DNA from: Magnetospirillum sp.
Lineage (GTDB): Bacteria > Pseudomonadota > Alphaproteobacteria > CACIAM-22H2
Direction of reading: 5' to 3'
Length of the DNA: 64,000 nucleotides
NCBI GenBank assembly: GCA_027532905.1
Contig: JAPZUA010000001.1
Location: 663,950-727,949, forward strand
In this document: piece by piece, positions 47,496-57,636 of the stretch
Position numbering within the stretch: the stretch's first letter is position 1
Layout: every line of letters begins with the position of its first letter
Notes under the pieces: generated by a model
Seen by the model: the letters and a program-made list of their open reading frames with translations, nothing else
Told to the model about the DNA's origin: nothing
Database searches by the model: none
Made by a program: the position numbers and the translations under genes

Positions 47496-48664
47496 GGGCA
47501 GCCGGCTTCGATCCATTCTTCTTCGCGCGCTTTGAGCCAGGCCCCCATTGCGGGGCCGGGTTCGAAGCCGGCGCGGCGCGCATCTTCGCCGGACAGCGGA
47601 AATCTCGGCCGCACCCAGGCGAGAGCGGCGGCATAGAGAGCGGCACAGCCCTGCGCGTCCGGCGCTTGCGACCATTGCAGCAGCACATGGGCGGCCGGAT
47701 CGTCGCCGAGGCGATAGAACGCCGCACGGCGCTGCTTTTCGTCCGCTGCCGGATCGAGCCTTAGGGGCGGCGCGCACAAAACCTGCAGCCGCGCGGTCTC
47801 GGCGCGCGACAGGCGCAAGCGTGCAGCGACACCCGGAACATCTGCTGGCGTCAGCAAGCTTGCGAGGGCGAGGATTGCATCGACGCGCGCGCGCGCTTGT
47901 CCGGCGACCGCAAGCAGACGCGCAAGCGCCGCCGTGCCTTCAAGTTCCGGCAGCCAGAACGCAAAAAGCCCGGCAGCGCGCATTGCATCGAGCATTGCGG
48001 GCGCATTGGAGCCAGCGAGAAGGCCAAAAAGTTCGCTGTGCACGCGCTCGGCCGACAGGTTTTTCAACTGCGCCGCCGCAGCCGTGCACGCGGCGAGCGC
48101 TGCCGCATCGATGGCCCCTTGCCCGAAGCGCGCATGGAAACGGAACAGGCGCAGCACGCGCAGATAGTCTTCCGCAATGCGCGCGGCCGCATCGCCAACG
48201 AAGCGCACGCGACCGGCCGCAAGATCTTCGCGGCCGCCGAAAAAGTCGAAGACGGTCCCGTCCGCATCCATCGACATCGCGTTGATCGTGAAGTCGCGCC
48301 GTGCGGCATCGAGGCGCCAATCGTCGGTGAATTCGACCGTCGCATGGCGGCCGTCGGTCGCAACGTCGCGGCGCAAGGTCGTGATCTCGAAACGCCGGCC
48401 GCGCACGATTGCGGTCACCGTTCCGTGCGCGAGGCCCGTGGCGATCGCCTTGAAGCCGGCGGCTTCGAGCTTGGCCATGACAGCCTCGGGCCGCTCGGGG
48501 CCCGCCAAATCGAGATCGTTCGGCACGATGCCGGCAAGTGCGTCGCGCACACAGCCGCCCACGAACCGCACCTGCGGCCCCACGCACGCCAGCAGGGCGC
48601 GCGTTTCGGCGCTCGCCGCCCACAGCGGCAGCGGCGACAGGCGAAAATCGGACGAATCGGCCAT
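47492..48664 (-). CDS. cca: CCA-adding tRNA nucleotidyltransferase (class II, alphaproteobacterial type)
   Basis: [12 protein letters not shown]...DLDLA (polymerase-beta-type GG..D.D motifs), then a helical body. 390 aa. Confidence 0.8.
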   Translation of the reverse strand: MADSSDFRLSPLPLWAASAETRALLACVGPQVRFVGGCVRDALAGIVPNDLDLAGPERPEAVMAKLEAAGFKAIATGLAHGTVTAIVRGRRFEITTLRRDVATDGRHATVEFTDDWRLDAARRDFTINAMSMDADGTVFDFFGGREDLAAGRVRFVGDAAARIAEDYLRVLRLFRFHARFGQGAIDAAALAACTAAAAQLKNLSAERVHSELFGLLAGSNAPAMLDAMRAAGLFAFWLPELEGTAALARLLAVAGQARARVDAILALASLLTPADVPGVAARLRLSRAETARLQVLCAPPLRLDPAADEKQRRAAFYRLGDDPAAHVLLQWSQAPDAQGCAALYAAALAWVRPRFPLSGEDARRAGFEPGPAMGAWLKAREEEWIEAGCP

Positions 48665-48712
48665 GGCGCGACTTTAGCCGATCAAGGCCACGCGCCAAAA
48701 CGCCCGCGCGCG

Positions 48713-49117
48713 CTAAATCCGATCGATCGCGTGTTTCTTGAGGTCGTCGAGCGCGCACACGTCGAGCGTGTCGGCGTGCGTGGCGGCGAGCACGACTTTG
48801 GGGGCTTTGCCCGCTTCGAGCGCTTCTTGCCAACGGGGTGCACACAGGCACCAGCGGTCGCCGGGTTTGAGGCCGGCAAAGCCGAATTCCGGGCGCGGCG
48901 TGGAAAGGTCGTTGCCGGCCGCTTTCGAGAATTCGAGGAAGTCGGCCGTGACGATCGCGCACACCGTATGCATGCCGCGGTCGCTGGGGCCGGTGTTGCA
49001 GCAACCGTCGCGGAAAAAGCCGGTCAGAGGATTGCGCCCGCATTCGGCGAGCGGCAGCCCCAGCACGTTTTTGGCGCCGCGCGGCCCTCCACCGCGTTCG
49101 TCGCGTTCGCCGTCCAT
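48713..49117 (-). CDS. DUF2237-family protein
   Basis: NVLGLPLAECGRNPLTGFFRDGCCNTGPSDRGMHTVCA is the conserved DUF2237 N-terminus. 134 aa. Confidence 0.7.
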   Translation of the reverse strand: MDGERDERGGGPRGAKNVLGLPLAECGRNPLTGFFRDGCCNTGPSDRGMHTVCAIVTADFLEFSKAAGNDLSTPRPEFGFAGLKPGDRWCLCAPRWQEALEAGKAPKVVLAATHADTLDVCALDDLKKHAIDRI

Positions 49118-49159
49118 GCTGCCTGCTCCTTCGACTGGTCGTGTGCGCGGTGCCTGAAT

Positions 49160-49462
49160 CTAACGCTGGGTGCCGCGCGGTTCAACATGGCCCGGCACGA
49201 TGCGGCCATCTTCGCCCAGGCGCGGCGGCACATACTGGCCCTTGGCGTTGCCGGTGTCGCGCATCAGCGTAAGCCCGAACAGCAAAAGTGCCGCCAGCAC
49301 CACGCCCGCCAGCGACAGCCACACCCAGGGTGCGTCGCGCCAGCTCGGCACTTCGCCCTTGCCGAGCCGCTCGGCGCGGCGCTTTTCGAGCGCCATCCAG
49401 CCCGCATAGACGAGCGTGGGCAACAAAAGCGGCAGCAGAAATTCGAGCAGGATGCGGATCAT
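49160..49462 (-). CDS. Hypothetical small membrane protein
   Basis: MIRILLEFLLPLLLPTLVYAGWMALEK...WVWLSLAGVVLAALLLFGL gives two TM helices. Start trimmed to avoid overlap with the NUDIX gene. Confidence 0.45.
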   Translation of the reverse strand: MIRILLEFLLPLLLPTLVYAGWMALEKRRAERLGKGEVPSWRDAPWVWLSLAGVVLAALLLFGLTLMRDTGNAKGQYVPPRLGEDGRIVPGHVEPRGTQR

Positions 49463-49475
49463 GGCGTGCAGTTGG

Positions 49476-50096
49476 TCACGAAGGCGGGCGCGTGCCAAGC
49501 GCTTCGGCAAGATTGATCAGCATGCCGGCCGTCGCCCCCCAGATATAATGCGGGCCGAAAGGCAGCGCCCAGAAATGCCGCGTGGTCCCCTCGAACACGC
49601 GCGAATGGCGCTGGTGGTTCGCCGGATCGAGCGCGAAAGACAGCGGCACCTCGAAGGCCGAGGCAACTTCGAACGCGTCGAGCTTCAGTTCGAAAGGCGG
49701 GGTCACGATGCCGACGACGGGCGTGACCTCGTAGGCGGTGCGCGTGCGATACGTGTCGAGCCGGCCGACGATTTCGACATGCGCGCGCGGCAGACCGATC
49801 TCTTCTTCGGTTTCGCGCAAGGCGGCGGCGACGGCATCTTCGTCGCTGTCTTCCACGCGCCCGCCCGGAAAGCTGATCTGGCCCGCATGCGCATGCAGAT
49901 GAGCGGTGCGCTGCGTAAACAACACCGACATGCCGCTTGCGTGTGCCACAAGCGGCACCAGCACGGCAGCCGCGCGAAACGTTCCGACCGGCGGCAGCAG
50001 GCCCGGATTGCCGTCGTGATCGCCGCGCGACGCACTTTGGCGCACGCCCGGTGTGTTGGCGGCAAAGAGTGTCCGAATGCGTTCGGGTGCGATCAT
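49476..50096 (-). CDS. NUDIX hydrolase, CoA pyrophosphatase type (NudL-like)
   Basis: NUDIX box GGRVEDSDEDAVAAALRETEEEIGL, plus the CoAse-type upstream motif LLPPVGTFRAAAVLVPL. Confidence 0.8.
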   Translation of the reverse strand: MIAPERIRTLFAANTPGVRQSASRGDHDGNPGLLPPVGTFRAAAVLVPLVAHASGMSVLFTQRTAHLHAHAGQISFPGGRVEDSDEDAVAAALRETEEEIGLPRAHVEIVGRLDTYRTRTAYEVTPVVGIVTPPFELKLDAFEVASAFEVPLSFALDPANHQRHSRVFEGTTRHFWALPFGPHYIWGATAGMLINLAEALGTRPPS

Positions 50097-50611
50097 GCGC
50101 CGACCTCAATATCAGCGGGCCCGAGATCGAAAAACACGCCGTCGCTGCGCACGCCCAAACGGCCGTCTTCGACCGTCGCCCCGTCGATCAGCCGATAGAA
50201 GGCCGCGCGATCGACGCGCGCTTCAAGCCCGGCGCGCACATCGATGTAAGGCACAATGCTGCCATCGCTTTGCGGCACCGTGCGGATTTTGTGCGCAGGG
50301 CCTGCGGCCACACGTTCGTCGAGATTGGTTGTGAACGTTGCGCGCGGCCCCGTTTCGGTTTGCGTGAACGATACGTCGTTCGCCACAAACGGCGCATCGT
50401 CGACAGTCACGCGGCCGCGTTCGACCGGTGTGACGAGCCAATAGCTGCCGTCGGCCGCGCGGCGCAGCACGCGCGCGAAAAGTTTCACAAGGGCGGGGCG
50501 GCCAATCGGCGACCCGCGATAGTGCCACGCGCCTGCGCGATCGATGCGCAGATCGAAATCGCCGCAAATCTCGGGCGCCAACTCGGCCAAGGGGGAAAGA
50601 TCGCGAAACAT
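50093..50611 (-). CDS. DUF1285-domain protein
   Basis: DLRIDRAGAWHYRGSPIGRPALVKLFARVL...WLVTPVERGRVTVDDAPF matches the DUF1285 pattern. Its stop overlaps the NUDIX ATG (ATGA). Confidence 0.75.
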   Translation of the reverse strand: MFRDLSPLAELAPEICGDFDLRIDRAGAWHYRGSPIGRPALVKLFARVLRRAADGSYWLVTPVERGRVTVDDAPFVANDVSFTQTETGPRATFTTNLDERVAAGPAHKIRTVPQSDGSIVPYIDVRAGLEARVDRAAFYRLIDGATVEDGRLGVRSDGVFFDLGPADIEVGA

Positions 50612-50773
50612 CGGAGTCGCCGCATTCTACACGCGTCGGCACGCAACATGCAGCGTCTTTGACGGGTGGGTTACCAAAGTGCGCTGGACGGACGCGGCAG
50701 CCTCTGCCACGCTGGCTTTGCGTCCGACGGCACCCTATGTCCCTTGCGGTCCCAACTTTCGAGGAATCAGCTC

Positions 50774-51808
50774 GTGAACGCATCGACGACCGACCTTGCT
50801 CCCGGCCCCGAAGCTGCCCCTCCCGAAGCTGCCAATGCGTTGCTGGGCGAAATCGAAGCGCTGGGCGCTTCGCTCCAGACGGTGCGCACGCATATCGGCC
50901 AAGTCATTTTCGGCCAGCAAGAGGTGGTCGAGCAGACGCTCGTGACCTTGCTGGCGGGCGGCCATCTGCTGCTGATCGGCGTGCCCGGCCTTGCTAAGAC
51001 CAAGCTCGTCGAAACGCTGGGCACGGTCTTGGGCCTCGATGCCAAACGCGTGCAGTGCACGCCCGATCTGATGCCCGCCGACATTATCGGCTCGGAAGTG
51101 CTCGAAGAAGGCGACAGCGGCAAGCGCCAGTTCCGCTTTCTGCAAGGCCCCGTCTTCGCGCAGATCCTGATGGCCGACGAAATCAACCGTGCGAGCCCGC
51201 GCACGCAGTCTGCCTTGCTTCAGGCCATGCAGGAACGCCGCGTCTCGGTGGGCGGCAAGTACCATTCGCTGCCGGCCCCTTTCCATGTGCTGGCAACGCA
51301 AAACCCGCTTGAGCAGGAAGGCACATATCCGCTGCCCGAAGCGCAGCTCGACCGCTTTCTGCTGCAGGTCGATGTGGGCTATCCGGACCTCGCCGCCGAG
51401 CGCCAAATGCTGCTCGCGACGACCGGTTCGGCCGAAGCCAAGCCGCAGCGCGCGATGGATGCCGACAGCCTGATGCGCGCGCAAGCGTTGATCCGGCGCG
51501 TCCCCGTCGGCGAAAGCGTGGTCGAAGCTATCTTGCGCCTTGTGCGCGCCGGCAGGCCCGGCGAGACCGACGTCGAATCCGTGCGCAAATACGTGATCTG
51601 GGGCCCCGGCCCGCGCGCGAGCCAATCTTTGATGCTGGCCGCCCGCGCACGCGCCGTTCTCGACGGCCGCCTGTCGCCCTCGCTCGACGATGTGGCGGCC
51701 CTCGCCGCCCCCATTCTGCGCCATCGCATGGCGCTGTCGTTTGCAGCGCGCGCCGACGGCATCACGCTCGACGGCATTATCGGCCAGCTCTGCGCGGGAA
51801 TGGGCTGA
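50774..51808 (+). CDS. MoxR-family AAA+ ATPase
   Basis: GHLLLIGVPGLAKT (Walker A), ILMADEINRA (Walker B), sensor motifs. GTG start proposed at 50774. Confidence 0.85.
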   Translation: MNASTTDLAPGPEAAPPEAANALLGEIEALGASLQTVRTHIGQVIFGQQEVVEQTLVTLLAGGHLLLIGVPGLAKTKLVETLGTVLGLDAKRVQCTPDLMPADIIGSEVLEEGDSGKRQFRFLQGPVFAQILMADEINRASPRTQSALLQAMQERRVSVGGKYHSLPAPFHVLATQNPLEQEGTYPLPEAQLDRFLLQVDVGYPDLAAERQMLLATTGSAEAKPQRAMDADSLMRAQALIRRVPVGESVVEAILRLVRAGRPGETDVESVRKYVIWGPGPRASQSLMLAARARAVLDGRLSPSLDDVAALAAPILRHRMALSFAARADGITLDGIIGQLCAGMG

Positions 51809-51837
51809 GCGGGATCGCGCAGGAAACCGCGTCGCCC

Positions 51838-52755
51838 ATGTCGCCCCCGCACATGCAAACGCCGCAAGCATCCGCCGCCGCGACGTTGCGCCAACGCCTT
51901 GCCGCCGAAGCGCTGGCAAGCCGCCTGCCCGCTTTGCTGGTCGCGGCCCAACGCGTGGCCGACACGGTCGCGCAAGGCGTGCATGGGCGCAGGCGTACGG
52001 GTCCAGGCGAAAGCTTCTGGCAGTTCCGCCGCTACATGGCGGGCGATTCGATCGAGCGCATCGATTGGCGCCAGACGGCCAAGAGCGATGCGGTCTATGT
52101 GCGCGAAAACGAATGGGAGTCCGCCCAGACCGTGTGGCTGTGGCGCGACGCCTCGCCCTCGATGGCGTGGGCCTCCGACCGCAATCTTGCGCAAAAGCAG
52201 CAGCGTGCGGAATTGCTGCTGATCGCGCTGGGCGCTTTGCTCGCGCGCGGCGGCGAACAAGTGGGCCTGCTCGGCGAAGGGGCGCGGCCATTGGTCGGGC
52301 GCTTTGCCGTCAATCGCCTCGCCGAAGATCTGCTGGCGCGCGCCGCCGATCAAGGCGTGCCGCCGCCGATGCGCGTGGCGCGCCATGCGCACGTGGTGCT
52401 GCTCGGCGATTTCCTTGGGCCGCTTGCCGAAACCGACGCCGCGATCCGGCGCTTGGCAGGATCGGGTGCGCGCGGCCAGCTTGTGCAGATCGCCGATCCG
52501 GCCGAAGAGAATCTGCCCTATGCCGGGCGCACGCGCTTCGAAGGGCTCGAGAACGAGGGCGAGCTTGTGGTGCCGCGCGTCGAAGCCGTGCGCGCGGAAT
52601 ATCGCGCGGTCTACAGCGCCCATGTCGAGGGCGTGCGCGACATCGCGCGTGCGCACGGCTGGGGCTATGTGGCGCATCGCACCGACCGACCGCCCGAGAC
52701 CGCGCTGCTGACCTTGTGGCAGGCACTCGCCGACGCCGGAACGCGAAGCCGATGA
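51838..52755 (+). CDS. DUF58-domain protein (vWA-like, MoxR partner)
   Basis: FWQFRRYMAGDSIERIDWRQTAKSDAVYVRE is the DUF58 signature. 305 aa. Confidence 0.8.
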   Translation: MSPPHMQTPQASAAATLRQRLAAEALASRLPALLVAAQRVADTVAQGVHGRRRTGPGESFWQFRRYMAGDSIERIDWRQTAKSDAVYVRENEWESAQTVWLWRDASPSMAWASDRNLAQKQQRAELLLIALGALLARGGEQVGLLGEGARPLVGRFAVNRLAEDLLARAADQGVPPPMRVARHAHVVLLGDFLGPLAETDAAIRRLAGSGARGQLVQIADPAEENLPYAGRTRFEGLENEGELVVPRVEAVRAEYRAVYSAHVEGVRDIARAHGWGYVAHRTDRPPETALLTLWQALADAGTRSR

Positions 52756-52759
52756 CGGA

Positions 52760-55516
52760 GTGCCGCTGATGGGTCTGCTGTCGTCGTTTGCGTTCCTCGC
52801 ACCCGTCTGGCTTGCGGCCTTGGCGGCGTTGCCGGTGCTGTGGTGGCTGCTGCGCGTAACTCCGCCCGCCCCACGCCGCGCGGCGTTTCCGGCGATCGCG
52901 TTGCTGCTGCGCGTGAAGCCCGGCGAGGAGACGCCTGCACAAACGCCGTGGTGGCTGCTGCTGCTGCGTTTGCTGATCGCCGGCCTCATCATCCTCGCGT
53001 TGGCGCAGCCCGTGCTCAATCCGGCCGCGCGCATTGTCGGCGGCGGGCCGACGATCCTGGTCGTGGACGACGGTTGGGCGTCCGCCGCCAACTGGAGTGC
53101 AATGCGCGCCCATCTCGACCGTGCGCTCGACGGTGCCGAGCGCGACCAGCGCGCGGTGATGCTGCTGGCAACGGCACCCAATGCGGCGGGCGAACCGCCG
53201 CGCCCGTCGCGGCTGCTGACGGCCGGCGAAGCGCGCCCGCTCGTGGGCGCACTCGAGCCCAAGCCGTGGCCGGTGGATCGCGTGGCCGCGCGCGCGACGC
53301 TCGAAGCGGTCGCCCCTTCGCAAGCCGCCCTCGTACAGTACTTCTCGGACGGGCTCGAAGATGCAGCCCTGCCCGCGTTGCTCGAACGGCTGCAACGTAT
53401 TGGCCCCGTGGTCTATACGGCACCGACGGCCGAGAAGCTTGCGCGCCTGATGCTGCCGCCGGTCTCCGAAACCGGCGGCATTGCCGCGACCGTGGCGCGC
53501 GCATCGACGGCGGGGCCGCTGGATCTCAATCTCGTGGCACGCGGCGAAGACGGCCGCCTGCTGGCGCGCGAAATTCTGCGCTTCGAGGCCGGCAACAGCA
53601 CGGCCCTTGCGCGCATTTCGTTGCCGTCGGAACTGCGCAACCGCATTTCGCGCCTCGAGATCGAAGGCGAAGCGACCGCAGCCGCCACCGCCCTCATTGA
53701 CGAGCGCTGGCGCCGCCGCCCGGTCGGCATCGTCTCGAGCGATACGGCCGAGCGCCAGAACCAGCCGCTCTTGGCCGACACGTTCTATCTCGAGCGCGCC
53801 TTGCAGCCTTTCAGCGAAGTGCGCATCGGCACGGTCGCCGACATACTGGCGCGCGAAACGGCCGTGCTGATCTTGGCCGATGTCGGCGAATTGCCCGCCG
53901 CCGATCGCGCGGCGGTCGAAGCGTGGCTCCGGCGCGGCGGCGTGGTGCTGCGGTTTGCGGGTGCCCGCCTTGCCGAAGCCAACGACGATCTCGTGCCTGT
54001 GCCGCTGCGCTTGGGCGGGCGCGCTTTCGGCGGGGCGATGAGCTGGGAACAGCCGATCGGCCTAGCACCCTTCGACGTCGACTCGCCGTTCGTGGGCCTC
54101 GATATACCAGCCGACGTGCTCGTGCGCCGCCAAGTGCTGGCCGAGCCCACGCTCGAGCTCGCGCGCAAAAGCTGGGCGCGCCTCAGCGACGGGACACCCT
54201 TGGTGACGGCCGACAAGCGCGGCGAAGGCTGGCTGGTGCTCGTGCACGTGACCGCCTCGCCCGAATGGTCGGATCTCCCCTTGTCGGGCCTCTATATCGA
54301 GATGCTGCAGCGGCTGATCGCATTGGCCCAAGGTGTGGCCGGCGACGGGGCGGGCGATGCGTTGCTGGCCCCGGTCGCGACACTCGATGCATTCGGCCGG
54401 CTCGTATCGCCGTTTCCGGCCGCAGCGGGCGTGCCGTCGCGCAGCCTTGCCGCTACGCTTGCCGCCCCGCGCACGCCGCCCGGCCAGTACGGCACGCAAG
54501 CCGCCCGCCGCGCGCTCAATCTGAGCCAAGGGCTTGCGGCCCCGCGCGCGGCGACGTCTTTGCCGTCGGGCATCACACGCGCAGCTTACGATGGTGCGGA
54601 AGAAGTCGATTTCAAACCCACGCTCTTCGTGCTCGCCTTGCTGCTGCTGGTGGCCGACATCGCCGTCGCCCTTGCCTTGCGCGGGCTGTTGAGCGTCGGG
54701 CCCTTGCGCAACCGCCTCGGCGCGATCCTCGTGTTCGGCGCGTTGGCGTTGGGCAGTACCGACGCCACACAAGCGCAAACGCGGCTGCCGCCGGTGGACG
54801 ACGCAACCGGTGTCGCCAATTCGCTGGCAACGCACCTGGCGTTCGTGCGCACCGGCGACGAGCAGATCGACCGCGTGAGCCGGGCGGGGCTTGCCGGCTT
54901 GGGCGTGATGCTTGCGCGCCGCACCGCCGTCGATCCGGGAACGCCCGTCGGCGTAGATCTCGAGCGCGACGAGCTTGCTTTCTATCCGCTGCTCTATTGG
55001 CCGGTCGCAAGCCATCTGCCGCTGCCGTCGGCCGACGCGATGGCGCGCGTCAAACAATACATGGCGAACGGCGGCATGGTGCTGTTCGACACGCGCGAGG
55101 CCGATTTCATCGGCCCTGCGGCAGGCGGGCCGTCGGCGCAGCGCCTGCGCGATCTGCTGCGCCCGCTCGATCTGCCGCGCCTCGTGCGCGTTCCGGCCGA
55201 GCATGTGCTGACCAAGACCTTCTATCTGATGCAGGACTTTCCTGGCCGCCTCACGGGTGCGCCCGTGTGGATCGAACAGCCCGACGCGCGCGACAAAGAC
55301 GGCGTAACCTCGATCGTGATCGGGGCCAACGACTGGGCTGGGGCGTGGGCGCTCGACGCGGCCGGCCGGCCGATGTTTGCGGCAGTACCCGGCGGCGACA
55401 ACCAGCGCGAATTCGCCGTGCGCTTCGGCATCAATCTTGTGATGTACGCGCTCACCGGCAACTACAAAGGCGACCAGGTGCATGTCGATACGATCCTGGA
55501 AAGGCTGCGCCGATGA
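52760..55516 (+). CDS. BatA-like aerotolerance-operon protein: N-terminal double-TM domain (TIGR02226) plus DUF4159 C-terminal domain
   Basis: Two N-terminal TM helices, a long vWA-like/periplasmic region, a mid-protein TM, and a conserved DUF4159-like tail (GINLVMYALTGNYK). 918 aa. Confidence 0.75.
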   Translation: MPLMGLLSSFAFLAPVWLAALAALPVLWWLLRVTPPAPRRAAFPAIALLLRVKPGEETPAQTPWWLLLLRLLIAGLIILALAQPVLNPAARIVGGGPTILVVDDGWASAANWSAMRAHLDRALDGAERDQRAVMLLATAPNAAGEPPRPSRLLTAGEARPLVGALEPKPWPVDRVAARATLEAVAPSQAALVQYFSDGLEDAALPALLERLQRIGPVVYTAPTAEKLARLMLPPVSETGGIAATVARASTAGPLDLNLVARGEDGRLLAREILRFEAGNSTALARISLPSELRNRISRLEIEGEATAAATALIDERWRRRPVGIVSSDTAERQNQPLLADTFYLERALQPFSEVRIGTVADILARETAVLILADVGELPAADRAAVEAWLRRGGVVLRFAGARLAEANDDLVPVPLRLGGRAFGGAMSWEQPIGLAPFDVDSPFVGLDIPADVLVRRQVLAEPTLELARKSWARLSDGTPLVTADKRGEGWLVLVHVTASPEWSDLPLSGLYIEMLQRLIALAQGVAGDGAGDALLAPVATLDAFGRLVSPFPAAAGVPSRSLAATLAAPRTPPGQYGTQAARRALNLSQGLAAPRAATSLPSGITRAAYDGAEEVDFKPTLFVLALLLLVADIAVALALRGLLSVGPLRNRLGAILVFGALALGSTDATQAQTRLPPVDDATGVANSLATHLAFVRTGDEQIDRVSRAGLAGLGVMLARRTAVDPGTPVGVDLERDELAFYPLLYWPVASHLPLPSADAMARVKQYMANGGMVLFDTREADFIGPAAGGPSAQRLRDLLRPLDLPRLVRVPAEHVLTKTFYLMQDFPGRLTGAPVWIEQPDARDKDGVTSIVIGANDWAGAWALDAAGRPMFAAVPGGDNQREFAVRFGINLVMYALTGNYKGDQVHVDTILERLRR

Positions 55517-57633
55517 CGGACTATTCGATCGCCTTCGCCCCGCTCGTGGCCTGGGGCTGGCTCGCAGCGCTCGGTGTGCTTGCCGCGATTCCGGTCGTCT
55601 ACGCGATCTTCAAGCGCGCGCGCGGGGCGTGGTGGCGGGCGGCCGCCATGGCGGGCCTGCTGCTTGCACTTGCCAATCCGGTCGCGGTCGTCGAAGAGCG
55701 ACGCGCTTTGTCCGATATCGGCCTCGTGGTGATCGACGAGAGCGACAGCGCCAAGCTCGGCCAGCGCGCGGGCCGCATCGAGCGCGCGGCCGAAGCCTTG
55801 CGCGAACGCCTGTCGCGCGAAAAGGATTTCGACTTGCGCATCGTGCGCGCCGGCGCTTCGGGCGGCCTGGCGCAGGACGGCACGCGCCTGTTCGAGGCGG
55901 TCGAGCGTGCTTTATCGGACGTGCCACGCAACCGGCTTGCGGGTGTGGCCCTCCTCACCGACGGGCAGGTGCACGACGCGCCCACGGGCGACGCGGCCGC
56001 CCTCGCACGCCTCAATCTGCCGGGCCCCTTGCATGCGTTGCTCGCGGGCGAGCGCAACGAAGTCGATCGGCGCCTGGTGCTCGAGCAAGCGCCGGGCTTT
56101 GCCATCGTCGCCAAGCCGCAGACTTTGACGATCCGCGTGGACGACGGTGCCAGCCCACGCGGGGCTGCGAACGCGGGGGCCCCGCGCGCCCAAGCGCGCA
56201 TCGACATCAAGCGCGACGGCCAGCCCTTCCAGACCGTGCGGGTCCCCGTCGGCGTTTCGAGCACGATCGATTTCCAGCTCGAAAAAGCCGGCGAGACCGT
56301 GTTCGAGATCGAGGTCGAGGCGGGCCAGCGCGAACTCACGCTCGAGAACAACAAGCAGATCGTCGTCGTGAACGGCGTGCGCGACCGCTTGCGCGTGCTG
56401 CTCGTCACGGGCGAGCCGCATGCGGGCGAGCGCAATTGGCGCAATCTGCTCAAATCCGATCCCGCCGTCGATCTCGTGCATTTCACGATTCTGCGCCCGC
56501 CCGAATCGCAGGACTTCACGCCCGTGAACGAACTTTCGCTGATCGCCTTCCCGATCCGCGAATTGTTCGAGGTGAAATTGCGCGAATTCGACCTCGTGAT
56601 TTTCGACCGCTACCGGCGGCGCGACGTGCTCGCCCCCGTCTATCTCGACAATATCGTGCGCTATGTGCGCGAGGGCGGGGCTCTGTTCATCTCGGTGGGG
56701 ACCGCGTTCTCGGCCCCCAACTCGCTGTTCAATTCGCCGATCGGCCAGATTATGCCGGGTGCCCCCACCGGCCAGAATTTCGACGTCGGCTACCGGCCTT
56801 CGGTGTCGGACATGGGCCGGCGCCATCCCGTGACCGCCGATCTGCCGGGTGCGGGGACGGCCGCGCTGCCCGCCGATTGGGGCCGCTGGTTCCGCCATAT
56901 CGACACCGAGCCGCGCCGCGGCCAGGTGCTCTTGAACGGGGCGTCCGACCGGCCCTTGCTGCTGCTCGACCGCGTGGGCGAAGGCCGCGTGGCCCAGCTC
57001 ATGAGCGACCATTTCTGGCTGTGGGCACGCGGTCTCGACGGCGGCGGCCCGCATGCCGAGCTGCTGCGCCGTATTTCGCACTGGCTCATGAAAGAGCCCG
57101 AACTCGAAGAAAACGATCTGAAGGTCCGTGTGCGCGGCAACCGCATGGAAATCGAGCGGCGCACGCTCGAGCCCGTGCAGACGCCGGTGACCGTGACCGC
57201 CCCCGACGGCACAAGCCGGCCCGTGTCGCTCGTCGAAACCAGACCCGGACGCGAGACGGCCTTCTACACGCCCGAACGTCCGGGCCTCTACCACCTCACC
57301 GACGGCACGCGCACGGCGCTTGCGGCTGTGGGGGCTGTGAACCCGCGCGAAACCGCCGACATGCGCACGACCGACGCGCTCTTGAAACCCGCCATCGACG
57401 CAACCGGCGGATCGACGCAATGGCTCGCCGACGGCATTCCCGAAATCCGCCGCGTGCGACCGGGGCGCGACATGGGCGGCACCATCCCCGGCGGTCGCGG
57501 CTGGATCGGCTGGCGTGCCAACGGCGAATACGTCGTGACGGGCGTGTCGCAAACCCCGTTGATGCCGGGCCTGCTGACGTTCCTCGCGTGCTTAGCCCTG
57601 CTCCTCGTCGCCTGGCGGCGCGAGGGGCGGTAG
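55513..57633 (+). CDS. Large membrane protein of the Bat/MoxR cluster (glutamine-amidotransferase-like class 1 domain)
   Basis: N-terminal TM helices, a central conserved region (LRVLLVTGEPHAGERNWRNLLKSDPAVDLVHFTILRPP...), and a C-terminal TM. ATGA-coupled to the upstream gene. 706 aa. Confidence 0.65.
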   Translation: MTDYSIAFAPLVAWGWLAALGVLAAIPVVYAIFKRARGAWWRAAAMAGLLLALANPVAVVEERRALSDIGLVVIDESDSAKLGQRAGRIERAAEALRERLSREKDFDLRIVRAGASGGLAQDGTRLFEAVERALSDVPRNRLAGVALLTDGQVHDAPTGDAAALARLNLPGPLHALLAGERNEVDRRLVLEQAPGFAIVAKPQTLTIRVDDGASPRGAANAGAPRAQARIDIKRDGQPFQTVRVPVGVSSTIDFQLEKAGETVFEIEVEAGQRELTLENNKQIVVVNGVRDRLRVLLVTGEPHAGERNWRNLLKSDPAVDLVHFTILRPPESQDFTPVNELSLIAFPIRELFEVKLREFDLVIFDRYRRRDVLAPVYLDNIVRYVREGGALFISVGTAFSAPNSLFNSPIGQIMPGAPTGQNFDVGYRPSVSDMGRRHPVTADLPGAGTAALPADWGRWFRHIDTEPRRGQVLLNGASDRPLLLLDRVGEGRVAQLMSDHFWLWARGLDGGGPHAELLRRISHWLMKEPELEENDLKVRVRGNRMEIERRTLEPVQTPVTVTAPDGTSRPVSLVETRPGRETAFYTPERPGLYHLTDGTRTALAAVGAVNPRETADMRTTDALLKPAIDATGGSTQWLADGIPEIRRVRPGRDMGGTIPGGRGWIGWRANGEYVVTGVSQTPLMPGLLTFLACLALLLVAWRREGR

Positions 57634-57636
57634 ACG

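Noticed and set aside
53923-57633. 1236-aa plus-strand ORF
   Set aside because: The first 530 codons are an out-of-frame overlap of the BatA-like gene (Arg-rich nonsense). The real gene starts at ATG 55513, ATGA-coupled to its upstream neighbour.
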